Assembly: GCA_045598525.1 (NCBI GenBank)
Contig: JAZLMH010000006.1
Coordinates: 2,375-66,374, forward strand
DNA from: Bacilli bacterium
GTDB taxonomy: Bacteria; Bacillota_I; Bacilli_A; RFN20; CAG-826
Reading direction: 5' to 3'
DNA: 64,000 nucleotides
Position numbers and translations under genes: made by a program. Positions 52,354 to 62,574 of the stretch are shown here, piece by piece (the stretch's first letter is position 1; every line of letters starts with the position of its first letter). Below the pieces are notes generated by a model, which was given only the letters and a program-made list of their open reading frames with translations, had not been told where the DNA came from and made no database searches.

Positions 52354-53994
52354 TTAAGCGATGGTGATTTCACCTGCGCCTGGCATATTGAGGATGAGCT
52401 CAGTAGCCTTGATTTCGGTGCTGATCTTGTTGGTGATTGAGAGGGTGTGGGTGCCTGCTGCGATGGTTGTTTCATCGACAAGTTTTGCTGGTTCCCAGTA
52501 CCAGTCATTTGTGCCAAATCCAAGAGCGGAGGTAGCAAAGCTTGTGTCCTTGATGGTGATTGGGTTGCCATCGAGTGTGACATCAAGAGCTGCAGCGAGG
52601 TTGGACGAGGTGTTTTTAGCACTCATCATAAGATACATGGAACCTTTGAGTTCTTTTGCATTTGTGAATGAGAGCTCAACCTTCTTGCCGTTTGTCATGG
52701 ACATATGGCTTGCAGGCATACGGAAGGTTGTATCGCCTGTTATCTTGGTTGCGTCGCCGCCAAGTTTATCAACGCCGATGTTGGCGATGTTCTTGTGGAC
52801 GAATGCTGGAAGATCGCCTTCTAAGCAGTTTTCGAGGATTGACTGAAGGGTTGTGGCCTTAACGCCGATTGTGCGTAAGAAGTTATAGACGGATTCCTGG
52901 AGGGTTGCGCCTTCGAATTCCATAAGTTCGCGGATATAGCCTGCGATGCCGTCTTCATTAGCCTGGCCAACTGTTGATGTTTTACCAATTGAGCCGAAGT
53001 TAGAGAAGAGATAATCCTGATAGATTTCTTTGATCGAAAGGCCTAAGAGACCGTTAAGAAGAGTTGCGCATAAGCCAGTTCTATCTGTGCCGATACGGCA
53101 ATGGAAGAAGGCTGGGTAGCAATCATCTTGTTCGAAGCACTCGAAGAATTTACGAACTGGGATGATGTTACGGAAGAGGTTATCTTTGCCATTTGAATAA
53201 GCAAATGGGATGAAGTCATAGACAACGCTTTCATCGTTTAATTTTGAGGTTGCGTTAGCTGCAGCACTTCCTTCGCCGCCTGTGCCTGCTGGGCCGCCAC
53301 GGAGGTCGATTTCGGTGTGCATCTTAAGCTGTTTGAGCATTGTTTCTCTGCCGGTGTTGTCGATGATTGAGCCTGACTGGTTATCATCAAGAGATGCTGT
53401 ACGGTAGATCATGCCCTGTCTGATCTTTGCGCCTGTTGCGGTGACTTTGCCACCAAGATCACGGCAGTTGGTCATGCCAGAGACATTGACGATACGTGGA
53501 AGAACGTCTGCTGTTTCAAGAGTGTAGACTTTTGAGTATTCGACATCATCGCCAGTTGTAGCTTTGATGCGGTAGAAATATTCGCTTCCGACGAAGAGGT
53601 TCTGGATGGTTGCTTCGCCATTTGCTGCGGTAAAGACCATTGGTGAGGTGAATTCTTCATCAAGAGCGAGTTCAACTTCGTATTTGTCTGCTTCGCCATC
53701 GTGTTCGAATCCGATTGTGAATGTTTTTGCTTCACTTTGTGATTTGTTTGGCTCGGTGTGGAATAAGCTCTGGAACTGGGTTGTTGTAAGAGCTGCGTAG
53801 TCGCCATCATATTCCATGAAGGTTTTTTGATCTTCGGTACGAACGTCAATTGCTTCATCGAATTCTGTGACTTCACTAAAGTTGTCTGGGAGTTCTGGTG
53901 CTGGCTTTGATTCAACTGGCTTGTTTGATGTGCATGCTGCTAAGCTAAGGCCAAGAACGAGAGCACTGAGACTAAGATAGTGTTTAATCTTCAT
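52354..53994 (-). CDS. surface lipoprotein with a CX5R phosphatase-like domain (paralog 3)
   Basis: Lipobox LAACT. FFHCRIGTDRTG. Collinear with the 550-aa paralog. Confidence 0.75.
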   Translation of the reverse strand: MKIKHYLSLSALVLGLSLAACTSNKPVESKPAPELPDNFSEVTEFDEAIDVRTEDQKTFMEYDGDYAALTTTQFQSLFHTEPNKSQSEAKTFTIGFEHDGEADKYEVELALDEEFTSPMVFTAANGEATIQNLFVGSEYFYRIKATTGDDVEYSKVYTLETADVLPRIVNVSGMTNCRDLGGKVTATGAKIRQGMIYRTASLDDNQSGSIIDNTGRETMLKQLKMHTEIDLRGGPAGTGGEGSAAANATSKLNDESVVYDFIPFAYSNGKDNLFRNIIPVRKFFECFEQDDCYPAFFHCRIGTDRTGLCATLLNGLLGLSIKEIYQDYLFSNFGSIGKTSTVGQANEDGIAGYIRELMEFEGATLQESVYNFLRTIGVKATTLQSILENCLEGDLPAFVHKNIANIGVDKLGGDATKITGDTTFRMPASHMSMTNGKKVELSFTNAKELKGSMYLMMSAKNTSSNLAAALDVTLDGNPITIKDTSFATSALGFGTNDWYWEPAKLVDETTIAAGTHTLSITNKISTEIKATELILNMPGAGEITIA

Positions 53995-54228
53995 ATTTTG
54001 ATTCTCCTTATTCTCGGGATGACATATTAAAAAATGACTTCCCCTATTAATTCTTTGCTATAACACTATAAATGGTATTAAGACTTTAAGAAAGAAATAT
54101 TTAACGATTAGCCTTTATATTTATATAAAGAGCGCTGAAATCGATTCAAAAGTCCCCTGCTTTTATTTATCAAGATGGGTGCTTTATGAAAAAGCCAAGG
54201 TTTTGCCCCTGACTTTTGCTTTGCGTTT

Positions 54229-55068
54229 TTATTTAACGCTGAATTTGACGTTTGTTTCAAGGCCGTGCCATTTTGCGGTGACTACATAATCGCCTTGATT
54301 GTTGATGATGCTGCCGTTATGCAAGCCTTCTGGTTCTATCCACTCGATCTCTTCTTTTTTGATTATCGCCGAGAACTTGAGATTTTTAAGAACGCGAATG
54401 GTAACCCAATCATAACGCTCATATGTATCTCCGACATGGCTAGGAAGCTTCTGGCCTTCTACGCTGATAAATATCGCGACATCTGGATAATACATATAGC
54501 CGCTTACTACCATCGTGCGCTCCCCATAGCCTAAATCGACATTCACAATGCCAGCGTGGGTGTAGAAAGATGTGCCGCCTGTTAATTCAAATTCAACATG
54601 GTCGTAGTTATCGTAGTTAGAAATGATTTCCAAGCAGTCTTTGCCGTTTGTTTTGTTATACCAATAGCCTTTAATGGAGGCTTCGTTTACTTTTGCTGTG
54701 AAGATGCCGTCTTCATAAAGGTAGAAATTCGCGTATTTCACAGTATCTGCATAGCCTTCTCCAAAAGACCCTTCGAAGAAATAGACAAGGTGTTTCCCTT
54801 CTCTTGATTCTACGCCTTCCTCTACTGCTTTAAATTCCGCGGATTCGAAATTATATGTATCTTGTTTTTCAATGGAGACTTTTGTTGGATCAAACGAGTA
54901 ATCATACGCTTTTGCCGCATCTTCGATTTCTTTTGTGATCGGTGATTCTCCATATTCATTGTCGAATGAGATTCCAGGCTCGCTCACAGATTTGTTTTCC
55001 AGGCCGCAGGAGACCAAAGGTAGAGTAAAGCTAAGCAAACTTAGGCCGAGTAACGTTTTGATTTTCAT
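54229..55068 (-). CDS. lipoprotein, paralog of the extracellular domain of 55199..56536
   Basis: Lipobox LVSCG. ..YDYSFDPTKVSIEKQDTYNF..HLVYFFEGSFGEGY.. aligns with the neighbour. Confidence 0.7.
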   Translation of the reverse strand: MKIKTLLGLSLLSFTLPLVSCGLENKSVSEPGISFDNEYGESPITKEIEDAAKAYDYSFDPTKVSIEKQDTYNFESAEFKAVEEGVESREGKHLVYFFEGSFGEGYADTVKYANFYLYEDGIFTAKVNEASIKGYWYNKTNGKDCLEIISNYDNYDHVEFELTGGTSFYTHAGIVNVDLGYGERTMVVSGYMYYPDVAIFISVEGQKLPSHVGDTYERYDWVTIRVLKNLKFSAIIKKEEIEWIEPEGLHNGSIINNQGDYVVTAKWHGLETNVKFSVK

Positions 55069-55198
55069 AACAAGGCTCCTTAATTCATAACAATTATATT
55101 TTTCCTTTAGCGATTTAGCAGTCAGTTTTAGTTTTAGGCATGAAAAAAGAGACCCTTTTGAGGGGGCCTCTAATTTTTAGAAGTTTAATCCTTTCGGA

Positions 55199-56536
55199 CT
55201 ATTCTGCTGGAGTTTCTGCTGGAGCTTCGTCAACGTGGACGTTGATTGATGCTTCAAGGCCGTTCCAGGTAGCTTTGACTTCATAGTCACCAGCAGCAGC
55301 GAATTTGCCATTGGTTGCCATGCCAGCTGGATCTGACCAACGGACTTCGCCCTGTTTGAAGACTGAAGAGTATGCAAGGTTCTTAAGAACACGTTTTGCA
55401 ACCCATGACTGACGGTCATAGGTGTCGCCAACTTTGTAGTTAAGAGCTGCACCGTTTGTGCCTGGGTCAATGAAGAGAGCAACTTCTGGGTAGTACATGT
55501 AACCACCGCAGATGATTGAACGCTGGCCCCAACCCATATCGAGGTAGAGGTAAGCCTGTCTCTCATAGAAGCCAGATGTTGATTCAGCGATGATGGATTC
55601 GTAACGGTTGACGTTAGAAACCATTTCGAGACATTCTTCTTCACCTTTTCTGTTGTACCAGAAACCTTTGAAGGTGGTGTCTTTAGCTTTGCCGCCAAAG
55701 AGACCATCGTCCCAGAGGTAGATGAATGCGTATGTTTCAGAGTAGTCACCCTGATAACCTTCAGCGTATGAACCTTCGAAGTAGTAAACGATGTGGCGAT
55801 CTTCTCTTGAAGATGCGGTTGCGTTTAATGCTCTGAGGTCAGCGTCATTGAAGTCGTATGAATCTTCTTTCTGGATGACGACTGAAGCTGGATCGAAGTC
55901 ATAGTCGAAAGCTTCTGCTTTTGCTTTGATGTCTTCGGTGATTGGGTTCCAGACTTCTTCTTGTGGTTTTTCTTCAACAGCGCCTGCAGCGTTAGCTTTC
56001 TTTGTTAAGTCAGCGGTGACGAGGGTGCTGGAGAGAACTGCAGCGACAACGATTGCACCACAAGCTGCGAGCTTGATGATGTTTGTTGTGCCTTTGACTG
56101 CCTTGAATTCTGCTGCTTCATCTGCTTCTTCGGTGTAAAGACCCATGAATGAGACAGCGATGCCAATGGCGATCATGAGAATCTGGAGAACAATGTAAAC
56201 AATGTTTGTTGGGAGGGAACCACCCTGGTAGTGAACGTTGTTTACTTCGTCAGCGATAAGGTTAGGAATGGTGATGACTTCTTTGTAGAAGGAAAGACCA
56301 AACATGACAAGAGCGCCGACGTGGACGAGTGAGTATTGTGGTAAAACGAGAACAACGAGTTCAAGGGCAAGACCAGCAAGGGCAAAGATGCCGATGGTCT
56401 CTGGGATCATACCCCAAGCGTTGTTTGCCATAGAATCTTTGTAGGTGGCAAAGAATAAGATGCCAAGAACAAGAGCTAATACGGCATTGGCCATAACGAG
56501 GTAGTAGCCAATCTTCTTATTTTTTAAGTTAAACAT
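55199..56536 (-). CDS. polytopic membrane protein with a C-terminal extracellular domain
   Basis: About 5 N-terminal TM helices, then ..FDYDFDPASVVIQKEDSYDF..HIVYYFEGSYAEGY.. Its start overlaps the GH3 stop. Confidence 0.7.
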   Translation of the reverse strand: MFNLKNKKIGYYLVMANAVLALVLGILFFATYKDSMANNAWGMIPETIGIFALAGLALELVVLVLPQYSLVHVGALVMFGLSFYKEVITIPNLIADEVNNVHYQGGSLPTNIVYIVLQILMIAIGIAVSFMGLYTEEADEAAEFKAVKGTTNIIKLAACGAIVVAAVLSSTLVTADLTKKANAAGAVEEKPQEEVWNPITEDIKAKAEAFDYDFDPASVVIQKEDSYDFNDADLRALNATASSREDRHIVYYFEGSYAEGYQGDYSETYAFIYLWDDGLFGGKAKDTTFKGFWYNRKGEEECLEMVSNVNRYESIIAESTSGFYERQAYLYLDMGWGQRSIICGGYMYYPEVALFIDPGTNGAALNYKVGDTYDRQSWVAKRVLKNLAYSSVFKQGEVRWSDPAGMATNGKFAAAGDYEVKATWNGLEASINVHVDEAPAETPAE

Positions 56537-59500
56537 TATTCTTCCTCCTCAGGTGAATATGTAGTATCGGAAGCTCTCTTGAACTTGTCTAAGAATTCGA
56601 AGACAAGGTAAGCGCCGATAAGGCCTGCGGTGACGACTAATGAACCGACTGTTGCTGCACTGACGGTTGTCTTCCACCATGGGTTGGAACTTGCCTGAAT
56701 TTCTTCAGCGGAAACAGCGACGCCGCCCATCCAAGATCTTGAGATAGCGTACATAACGTGTTTGTTAGCGCGCTGTAAGTCTTTGAGGATCTGGCCATCG
56801 TTATTTGATTCAACCCACTGCTTGAGCTGTGAACCACGGCTGCCATCAAGACAGAAGAGGTCAGTACCACAGTGAAGCATTGCTGGGCCATTTGAATACT
56901 GGTCTGTGTTGGAACCTGATAAAGCGTCATCGATGATTTGGCCTTTGTAGTTCCATTCACCACGCATGACGTTCATCATAAGTGGTTCGTGTGCGGCTGC
57001 GTAACGTGCGCCGATACGGTTATAAGAGGTCATGATACCGAGTGAGTGGCCTTTTGTGAGAGCACCTTCGAATGGTTTGAGGTAGATTTCACGGATAGCC
57101 TGTTCATTACAGTATGTCTGGACTCTTTGACGACCTGTTTCCTGGTTGTTGAGGAAGCAGTGTTTGACGTTCATGATGAGACCCTTTTTACGAGCTTCAC
57201 TTGTGACGTTAGCGATGGTGTAGTAGTTCATGATACCGTCTTCTGACATGTATTCTGAAGCACGTGAACCATATGGAGTACGGTTGATGTTGGTACCTGG
57301 AGCGTTAACACAAGCGACGCCTGCGTAGAGACATTCTTCACCATAGAATCCGCCGAACTTCTTCTGCATTGCGTGATCCCATGTTGCGGTGTAGGTTGGG
57401 CCGGTTGGGAAGCCTGTTGCCCATCTCTTATCACCATACTGGAATTTGGAGAGAAGACCTTCTGGACCTTCTGCGACGGAGTTACCTTTCTTAAGGACTT
57501 TACCGACGTCGAGAATACCACGGTTGTCTGTGACAGAGATGACAAGGTCGTCAAGGTTCATCTGTTTGATGAACATATCCCAGACATCTTCGCCATCTTG
57601 GCCAGCGAATTTGCCTTCTTCAATAGTGCCTTCGAGTGGGACTTTGCTCATGTCGTTGAATGTGATGAGCTCATCCTGAGCAACGTCGTATTCGGTGCCT
57701 CTACCTTCAGTATAGCTTGGGCAGTCAGATGCCTTCTGGTAGTACTGAGCCATGTTAAGGTCGTTGTTAGATGCTGGTGAATCTGTTGTTTTGGTTGGGA
57801 ATGTGCCTTCCCAGTCTGTTCTATCAAGATAGACGATCTTTTGTTTGTTGTTCTTTTCTGCTAAGAAGTTGTAGTCTGCATCATCAAACTGGTTGGTGAC
57901 TTCGACATCATCTCTATAGTGAGAAGTCTTGTATTTTGTTAAGTCTTCTTCGACTTCGAGTTTCTTAACAGCGTCGTGGTTTGCTGTGTAAGCTTCGCCA
58001 AGGTGGTCAACGAGCTGTGCATCGCTCTTGATTTCGCCAAGGATGTTGTTTAATGCTTCGTGTGAACCATTGCCAACTGCGAAGTAATAATCGCCACCTT
58101 CTAAGATGTAGGTCTTGTTGACCTTGTAGTCATATGTGCAAAGGAAGTAACGATCGAATGAAAGTTTGACTGTTTTTGTTTCGCCTGGTTCGAGGTCGAC
58201 TTTGTCATATTGCATTAATGCAATAGCTGGTCTACCAAGACCATTTGCCTTATCGAAATCGGTGTATGGCTGCTGGACGTAGAGCTGGACAGATGCCTTA
58301 CCAGCGACGTCGCCAGTGTTCTTAACTTCGACTTCTACTTCGATTGTGTCTGAATCTGCGACATATTTGACGCTCTTGAGTTTCTGATCGAAGGTTGTGT
58401 AGCTAAGACCGAAGCCGAATGGGTAACCCATTTCATCAGCGTAGTTCCAGGAACCGCCTTTTGAATTGTAGATACCTTTTGAACCGGATGCATTGCCGTT
58501 TCCAAGAACTGCGTCAGCATAACGGGTTTCGTAGTATTTGTAACCAACGTAGACGCCTTCTTTGTAGACAACGACGTTTCTGTCACCGAAGTTCTGGTAA
58601 GCTGCGGAGCTTGATGCGCTTGCTGCGAAGGTTGTTGCAACGTGACCTGATGGGTTGACGTTCTTGCCTTCTGCGTCTTTACCAGTGAGGACGTGGCAGA
58701 TACCGCCAGCGCCATAGTAGCCAGGGACGCCCATGTAAACACATGCGTCGATGCCATAATCTTCAACATCAATCCAATCGGTTGACATTGCTAATGGAGA
58801 GTTGATAAGAACGATGACTTTCTTGAAATCGCCAGCGTCTTTGTGCGCTTTGACTAATTTAAGAAGTTCTTTTTCGTCATTCTTAAGATCGAGCTGACCT
58901 GCGCCTGGGTCGGTGTTTTCTGTACCGATACGGACGAAGGTGATGATTGCGGCGTCACCATAAGTCTTGAAGGATGCTTCCATATCAGAGGTGTAGAAAC
59001 CGCTGAATGTGTGTTCAACCTGAGTACTTGGGGTTGTCATTTGTGAGTTGGATAAGCTTGAGTATTTATCGAAGACTGTGTGGTTAACTTCGAATCCATT
59101 GTCTTCGAATGCTCTGTCAAGCTTGACAACTAAGTTGGTGTTTGGAGCAGCGCCGCCAGCGCCGGAACGCATAAATAAGTTCTTTGAACCCTGGCCGAGA
59201 AGAGAGATCTTTCTTTCGTTTGCGGCAAGAGGGAGTGTTGGTTTTCCATCCACGACTGCGTTCTTTAAGAGGATAGAACCTTGTTCAACGGCCTGTTCAC
59301 AGAACTTATAAGAATCTGTGATCATCTGTTTCCAGCCGTTTTCGGTGAGGTTACCGTTCTCGTCTTTGTAAGCTGAGCCTTCAACGAGGTCACTGTCGAT
59401 AACAGCTGCGTTACCCTGGTTGCCACCAAGGACGTCTCTGATAAGACCTTCGTTAACTGTAACAAGCTGCTGACCAGCAAGCATGACAGTTGACAAAAGG

Positions 59501-59544
59501 ATACCGACTGCCGATAAACCCATCCATAATTTTGGTTTTGGCAT
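56536..59544 (-). CDS. glycoside hydrolase family 3 (beta-glucosidase-like) with permuted domain order and N- and C-terminal TM anchors
   Basis: GH3 C-domain-like LLKN..LPL..ISLLG near the N-terminus. Fn3-like VEVKNTGDVAGK..LYV. Catalytic-domain motifs (ATWD, KHCFLNNQE, MTSYNRI, IIDDA) near the C-terminus. Confidence 0.8.
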   Translation of the reverse strand: MPKPKLWMGLSAVGILLSTVMLAGQQLVTVNEGLIRDVLGGNQGNAAVIDSDLVEGSAYKDENGNLTENGWKQMITDSYKFCEQAVEQGSILLKNAVVDGKPTLPLAANERKISLLGQGSKNLFMRSGAGGAAPNTNLVVKLDRAFEDNGFEVNHTVFDKYSSLSNSQMTTPSTQVEHTFSGFYTSDMEASFKTYGDAAIITFVRIGTENTDPGAGQLDLKNDEKELLKLVKAHKDAGDFKKVIVLINSPLAMSTDWIDVEDYGIDACVYMGVPGYYGAGGICHVLTGKDAEGKNVNPSGHVATTFAASASSSAAYQNFGDRNVVVYKEGVYVGYKYYETRYADAVLGNGNASGSKGIYNSKGGSWNYADEMGYPFGFGLSYTTFDQKLKSVKYVADSDTIEVEVEVKNTGDVAGKASVQLYVQQPYTDFDKANGLGRPAIALMQYDKVDLEPGETKTVKLSFDRYFLCTYDYKVNKTYILEGGDYYFAVGNGSHEALNNILGEIKSDAQLVDHLGEAYTANHDAVKKLEVEEDLTKYKTSHYRDDVEVTNQFDDADYNFLAEKNNKQKIVYLDRTDWEGTFPTKTTDSPASNNDLNMAQYYQKASDCPSYTEGRGTEYDVAQDELITFNDMSKVPLEGTIEEGKFAGQDGEDVWDMFIKQMNLDDLVISVTDNRGILDVGKVLKKGNSVAEGPEGLLSKFQYGDKRWATGFPTGPTYTATWDHAMQKKFGGFYGEECLYAGVACVNAPGTNINRTPYGSRASEYMSEDGIMNYYTIANVTSEARKKGLIMNVKHCFLNNQETGRQRVQTYCNEQAIREIYLKPFEGALTKGHSLGIMTSYNRIGARYAAAHEPLMMNVMRGEWNYKGQIIDDALSGSNTDQYSNGPAMLHCGTDLFCLDGSRGSQLKQWVESNNDGQILKDLQRANKHVMYAISRSWMGGVAVSAEEIQASSNPWWKTTVSAATVGSLVVTAGLIGAYLVFEFLDKFKRASDTTYSPEEEE

Positions 59545-60013
59545 ATTATTCCTTTCTGCGCAATAAAACTGCGCGTGCTATATATAATAGTCGCTTTCTA
59601 TGAAACCTTATGAAAGGGGTTTCAAACATGATTATTTTGCGATTTTCACATTATTTTTTTCTTATACATGCGTATTCGCACGTTTAATAGACAGTCAAAA
59701 AGTGACCAAAAGCACCGCAAAATAATCCAATTATTTGTTCTTTAAAATCGTATAATTGTGCGTTTTTCGATATTATTTCAGATTTTTTCTATTCTTTTCT
59801 TTTTGAATGTTTTAATTTTTGTTTTTGATACATGGTGTCGCCACAAATCCAGTAGCCACCGAATATTTGCCCTTTTAATCCTTAATAATAAATATCTATT
59901 TTTGATTCCTTATTTTCATGGTTTAAAAAATGATTATCATGCGTTATAGACAATTTTGCGTTTTTAAGGTTATACTTTACTAAACTATCTTTCGTTTTTT
60001 ATCAGGTGAAACC

Positions 60014-60970
60014 ATGGAAGCAAATAAGATTGAGGTTGTTAAATACCCTAAGGTCAAACACATAAAAATGTTTGTCAACAGAGTCAAATTTGTTGAAAAT
60101 CACGTCCATAATGACTTCGAGCTTTTGTTTAATTTAAGCGGCAAAGGCATCATGGAAATCAATAACACAACCTATATTTATCAGCCAGGCGATATCTTTT
60201 TCATTAACTCTGGCGACGTCCATGGCCTTTCTTCCCATTTGGGAGAAAATGAGGAAGGAAAGGTCATCGAACCAACTTCCTTATTTGTTCAAATAAGCAA
60301 CCACTTCTTACGTGATTACTTTCCTCAGATCCATAGTTCTGTTTTCAAATCTGGTAACTTAAGAGACATTCTTAGCGAAGATGACTACACGAAATTCTCC
60401 AAGATTCTTTTGGAAACGGCGAAGTCTTATTTTGCTGAGGCTGATTATTTCCATTTGGATGTTATCTCCGGTGTTTCAAAGGCTCTTGCTTTTGTTTACC
60501 GTAACCTTGATTACAAAGTCATTAATGAAGTTCAAAAGGAAAGAATCAATAGAAAGAAGAGCAGAATGGAGAGAATCCTCTCGTATATCGATGCGAACTT
60601 CGACACTCAAATCCGTCTTGAAGACATCGCTTCAAAGGAAAACCTTTCCGTCACTCATTTATCCCATATCTTCTCTTCGAATTTCGGAATGACTTTCCAG
60701 GAATTCGTTAACGTCAAACGTATGGAGCAATGCATCCGTTTGATGGCCAATAAAGAAAAGACCCTCCTTGAAATCTCTTATGAATCAGGGTTCAGTGATT
60801 CGAAATACATGAACAAGATGTTCCTTAAGAGATTTGGATGCACGCCTAAAGATTATCGAAGGAAATATTCCACTTATTACGAAGGGCCAACGGTCGATAC
60901 TGGAAAATTCGAAGTCATTCAAAATGACAAAGAATCATTAAAGAACGTCGACGAATTTGTCATTCAATAA
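60014..60970 (+). CDS. AraC-family transcriptional regulator (cupin + HTH)
   Basis: C-terminal ..LEDIASKENLSVTHLSHIF..FGMTFQEF..RM..LEISYESGFSDSKYMNKMFLKRFGCTPKDYRR. Confidence 0.88.
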   Translation: MEANKIEVVKYPKVKHIKMFVNRVKFVENHVHNDFELLFNLSGKGIMEINNTTYIYQPGDIFFINSGDVHGLSSHLGENEEGKVIEPTSLFVQISNHFLRDYFPQIHSSVFKSGNLRDILSEDDYTKFSKILLETAKSYFAEADYFHLDVISGVSKALAFVYRNLDYKVINEVQKERINRKKSRMERILSYIDANFDTQIRLEDIASKENLSVTHLSHIFSSNFGMTFQEFVNVKRMEQCIRLMANKEKTLLEISYESGFSDSKYMNKMFLKRFGCTPKDYRRKYSTYYEGPTVDTGKFEVIQNDKESLKNVDEFVIQ

Positions 60971-60992
60971 AACGCCTCGTAGGGCGTTTTTT
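60971..60992 (+). terminator. intrinsic terminator
   Basis: AACGCC-tcgtag-GGCGTT followed by TTTT. Confidence 0.6.
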
Positions 60993-60994
60993 CA

Positions 60995-61468
60995 TTACTT
61001 GGTTCGTTCTTTGGTTATTATTGATCTTAGGATTAGATAAATCACTAACATAGTTAGTCCGATGCCAATTGAGCTTCCGGCGAAGTCAATCATGACATCT
61101 ACTCCACTGCTTGTTCTCCCTGTGAAGTTCTGGATAAATTCATCGGTCGAGGCAGAAAAAAGGCAAATAAAGAATGGGAGAATGATTGAACGTTTGTTTA
61201 TCTCTTTTCCTAGGTGGAAGAGGAACATTGTCATGGTCACGCCAAGTACAAAAAATTCTGTGAAATGAGCGGCTTTTCTAACTATTGTCGTGGCCTCTTC
61301 TAAGGTTAGGTTATTATTAGGGTCAAAGATTTTCTGAAATACGTCTACGAAGAAGCTGCTCTGACTCATGGATTCATCTCCATTTCTTAAGGAATTAGTA
61401 AAGATGAAAATGAGCACAGTTAAAGCGAGAACACCCCAAACGATTGTCAGAATTCGATTTTTCTTCAT
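60995..61468 (-). CDS. VanZ-family membrane protein
   Basis: ..VRKAAHFTEFFVLG.. and 4 TM segments. Confidence 0.7.
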   Translation of the reverse strand: MKKNRILTIVWGVLALTVLIFIFTNSLRNGDESMSQSSFFVDVFQKIFDPNNNLTLEEATTIVRKAAHFTEFFVLGVTMTMFLFHLGKEINKRSIILPFFICLFSASTDEFIQNFTGRTSSGVDVMIDFAGSSIGIGLTMLVIYLILRSIITKERTK

Positions 61469-61644
61469 GGGTGATATTGTGCATTAAATAAACGGCAAGT
61501 CAATCGCCGTTTTCTTATTTGCCTGGCGCGGCTAGTATAACAGCAACCAAACCTCCTTTTTCGTTTATGAATATCCTTTTGTGATGTTTATTCTTCTATT
61601 TTGTTTAATAAACAAATATACTTTTCTAGATTTAGGAGAGGCTT

Positions 61645-62385
61645 ATGGAAAAGAAGAAAATCAGAATACCTAGTGAAGTAATATACGTTCTCGCGGTTGT
61701 TATTCTTGCTTTCTCTGTTTGCCTTGCGACCGCCGCTGATTTCGGGGTGTCGATGATTGTCGCCCCTGCTTATATCCTTTCTATCAAATTCCCTGTTCTC
61801 ACCTTTGGGCAATGGGAATACGTGACACAAGGTGTTCTCTTTATTATCTTCTGCATCATCATGAAGAGATTCCACTGGACATACCTCGTATCTTTCTTCA
61901 CATGCCTATTCTATGGGGCGGTCCTAGATTTGTGGCGTCTAATACCTATTTTCAATCCTAACGTGACTGCACCTGGATCATTCGATTTATGGTTAAGAAT
62001 TCTATTCTTTGTCGTAGGCATCCTCCTTACTTCTCTCTCAATCGCGCTTTTCAATAAGTGCTATATCTATCCTCAGGTTGTCGATATGGTCCCTCAAGGC
62101 GTCTGTAAGAAATTCGATTTCAAATTCGCTTATGTGAAATACGTTTTTGATGGCACGTATCTTGTTTTAGGTTTAGTGTTGTCGCTTATTTTCTTTGGGA
62201 ATGTCGTGGGTTTATCATTTGGAACGGCAATAATGTTCGTCATAAACGGATTCTTCATTAGTTTCTTAATGAAAATGCTCGATAAGGCTTTCATGTTTGA
62301 GCCTGCTTTTAAGAAATTTGCAAAGCAATTTGAAAAAGAAGACAAAAAAGGAACCACTCCTAAAGAGCAAGAAAAAGAGAATTAA
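61645..62385 (+). CDS. polytopic membrane protein (possibly YczE/DUF6198-like)
   Basis: Six or more TM segments with a Lys/Glu-rich tail. The family assignment is tentative. Confidence 0.55.
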   Translation: MEKKKIRIPSEVIYVLAVVILAFSVCLATAADFGVSMIVAPAYILSIKFPVLTFGQWEYVTQGVLFIIFCIIMKRFHWTYLVSFFTCLFYGAVLDLWRLIPIFNPNVTAPGSFDLWLRILFFVVGILLTSLSIALFNKCYIYPQVVDMVPQGVCKKFDFKFAYVKYVFDGTYLVLGLVLSLIFFGNVVGLSFGTAIMFVINGFFISFLMKMLDKAFMFEPAFKKFAKQFEKEDKKGTTPKEQEKEN

Positions 62386-62442
62386 GGTTTATCTAGAGAG
62401 AGCCCGCCACCCCCATAAGATGGCAGGCCGCCCTCCGGTGCC

Positions 62443-62470
62443 TTGCTTCGGCGTCAGATCATGATATAAT
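62443..62470 (+). promoter_or_regulatory. promoter-like boxes facing the shared terminator (unit 1)
   Basis: TTGCTT-N16-TATAAT, 16 nt upstream of the terminator stem. Confidence 0.4.
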
Positions 62471-62486
62471 AAGCTTGTGGTTATAA

Positions 62487-62516
62487 GAAGTAGGCATGCC
62501 TACTTCTTTTTCTTTT
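62487..62516. terminator. bidirectional terminator, unit 1
   Basis: GAAGTAGG-catg-CCTACTTC plus TTTTTCTTTT. The peptide stop codon lies in the stem. Confidence 0.6.
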
Positions 62517-62574
62517 CCGCAAACCTAAGAAGTATCAGATAGACCAGTATCAGGATTATTGTCGTCTCCGACAT
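62500..62574 (-). CDS. 24-aa hydrophobic Lys-tailed peptide, A-type
   Basis: MSETTIILILVYLILLRFAEKKKK*. GAAGGGG SD-like sequence 4 nt upstream. Confidence 0.5.
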   Translation of the reverse strand: MSETTIILILVYLILLRFAEKKKK

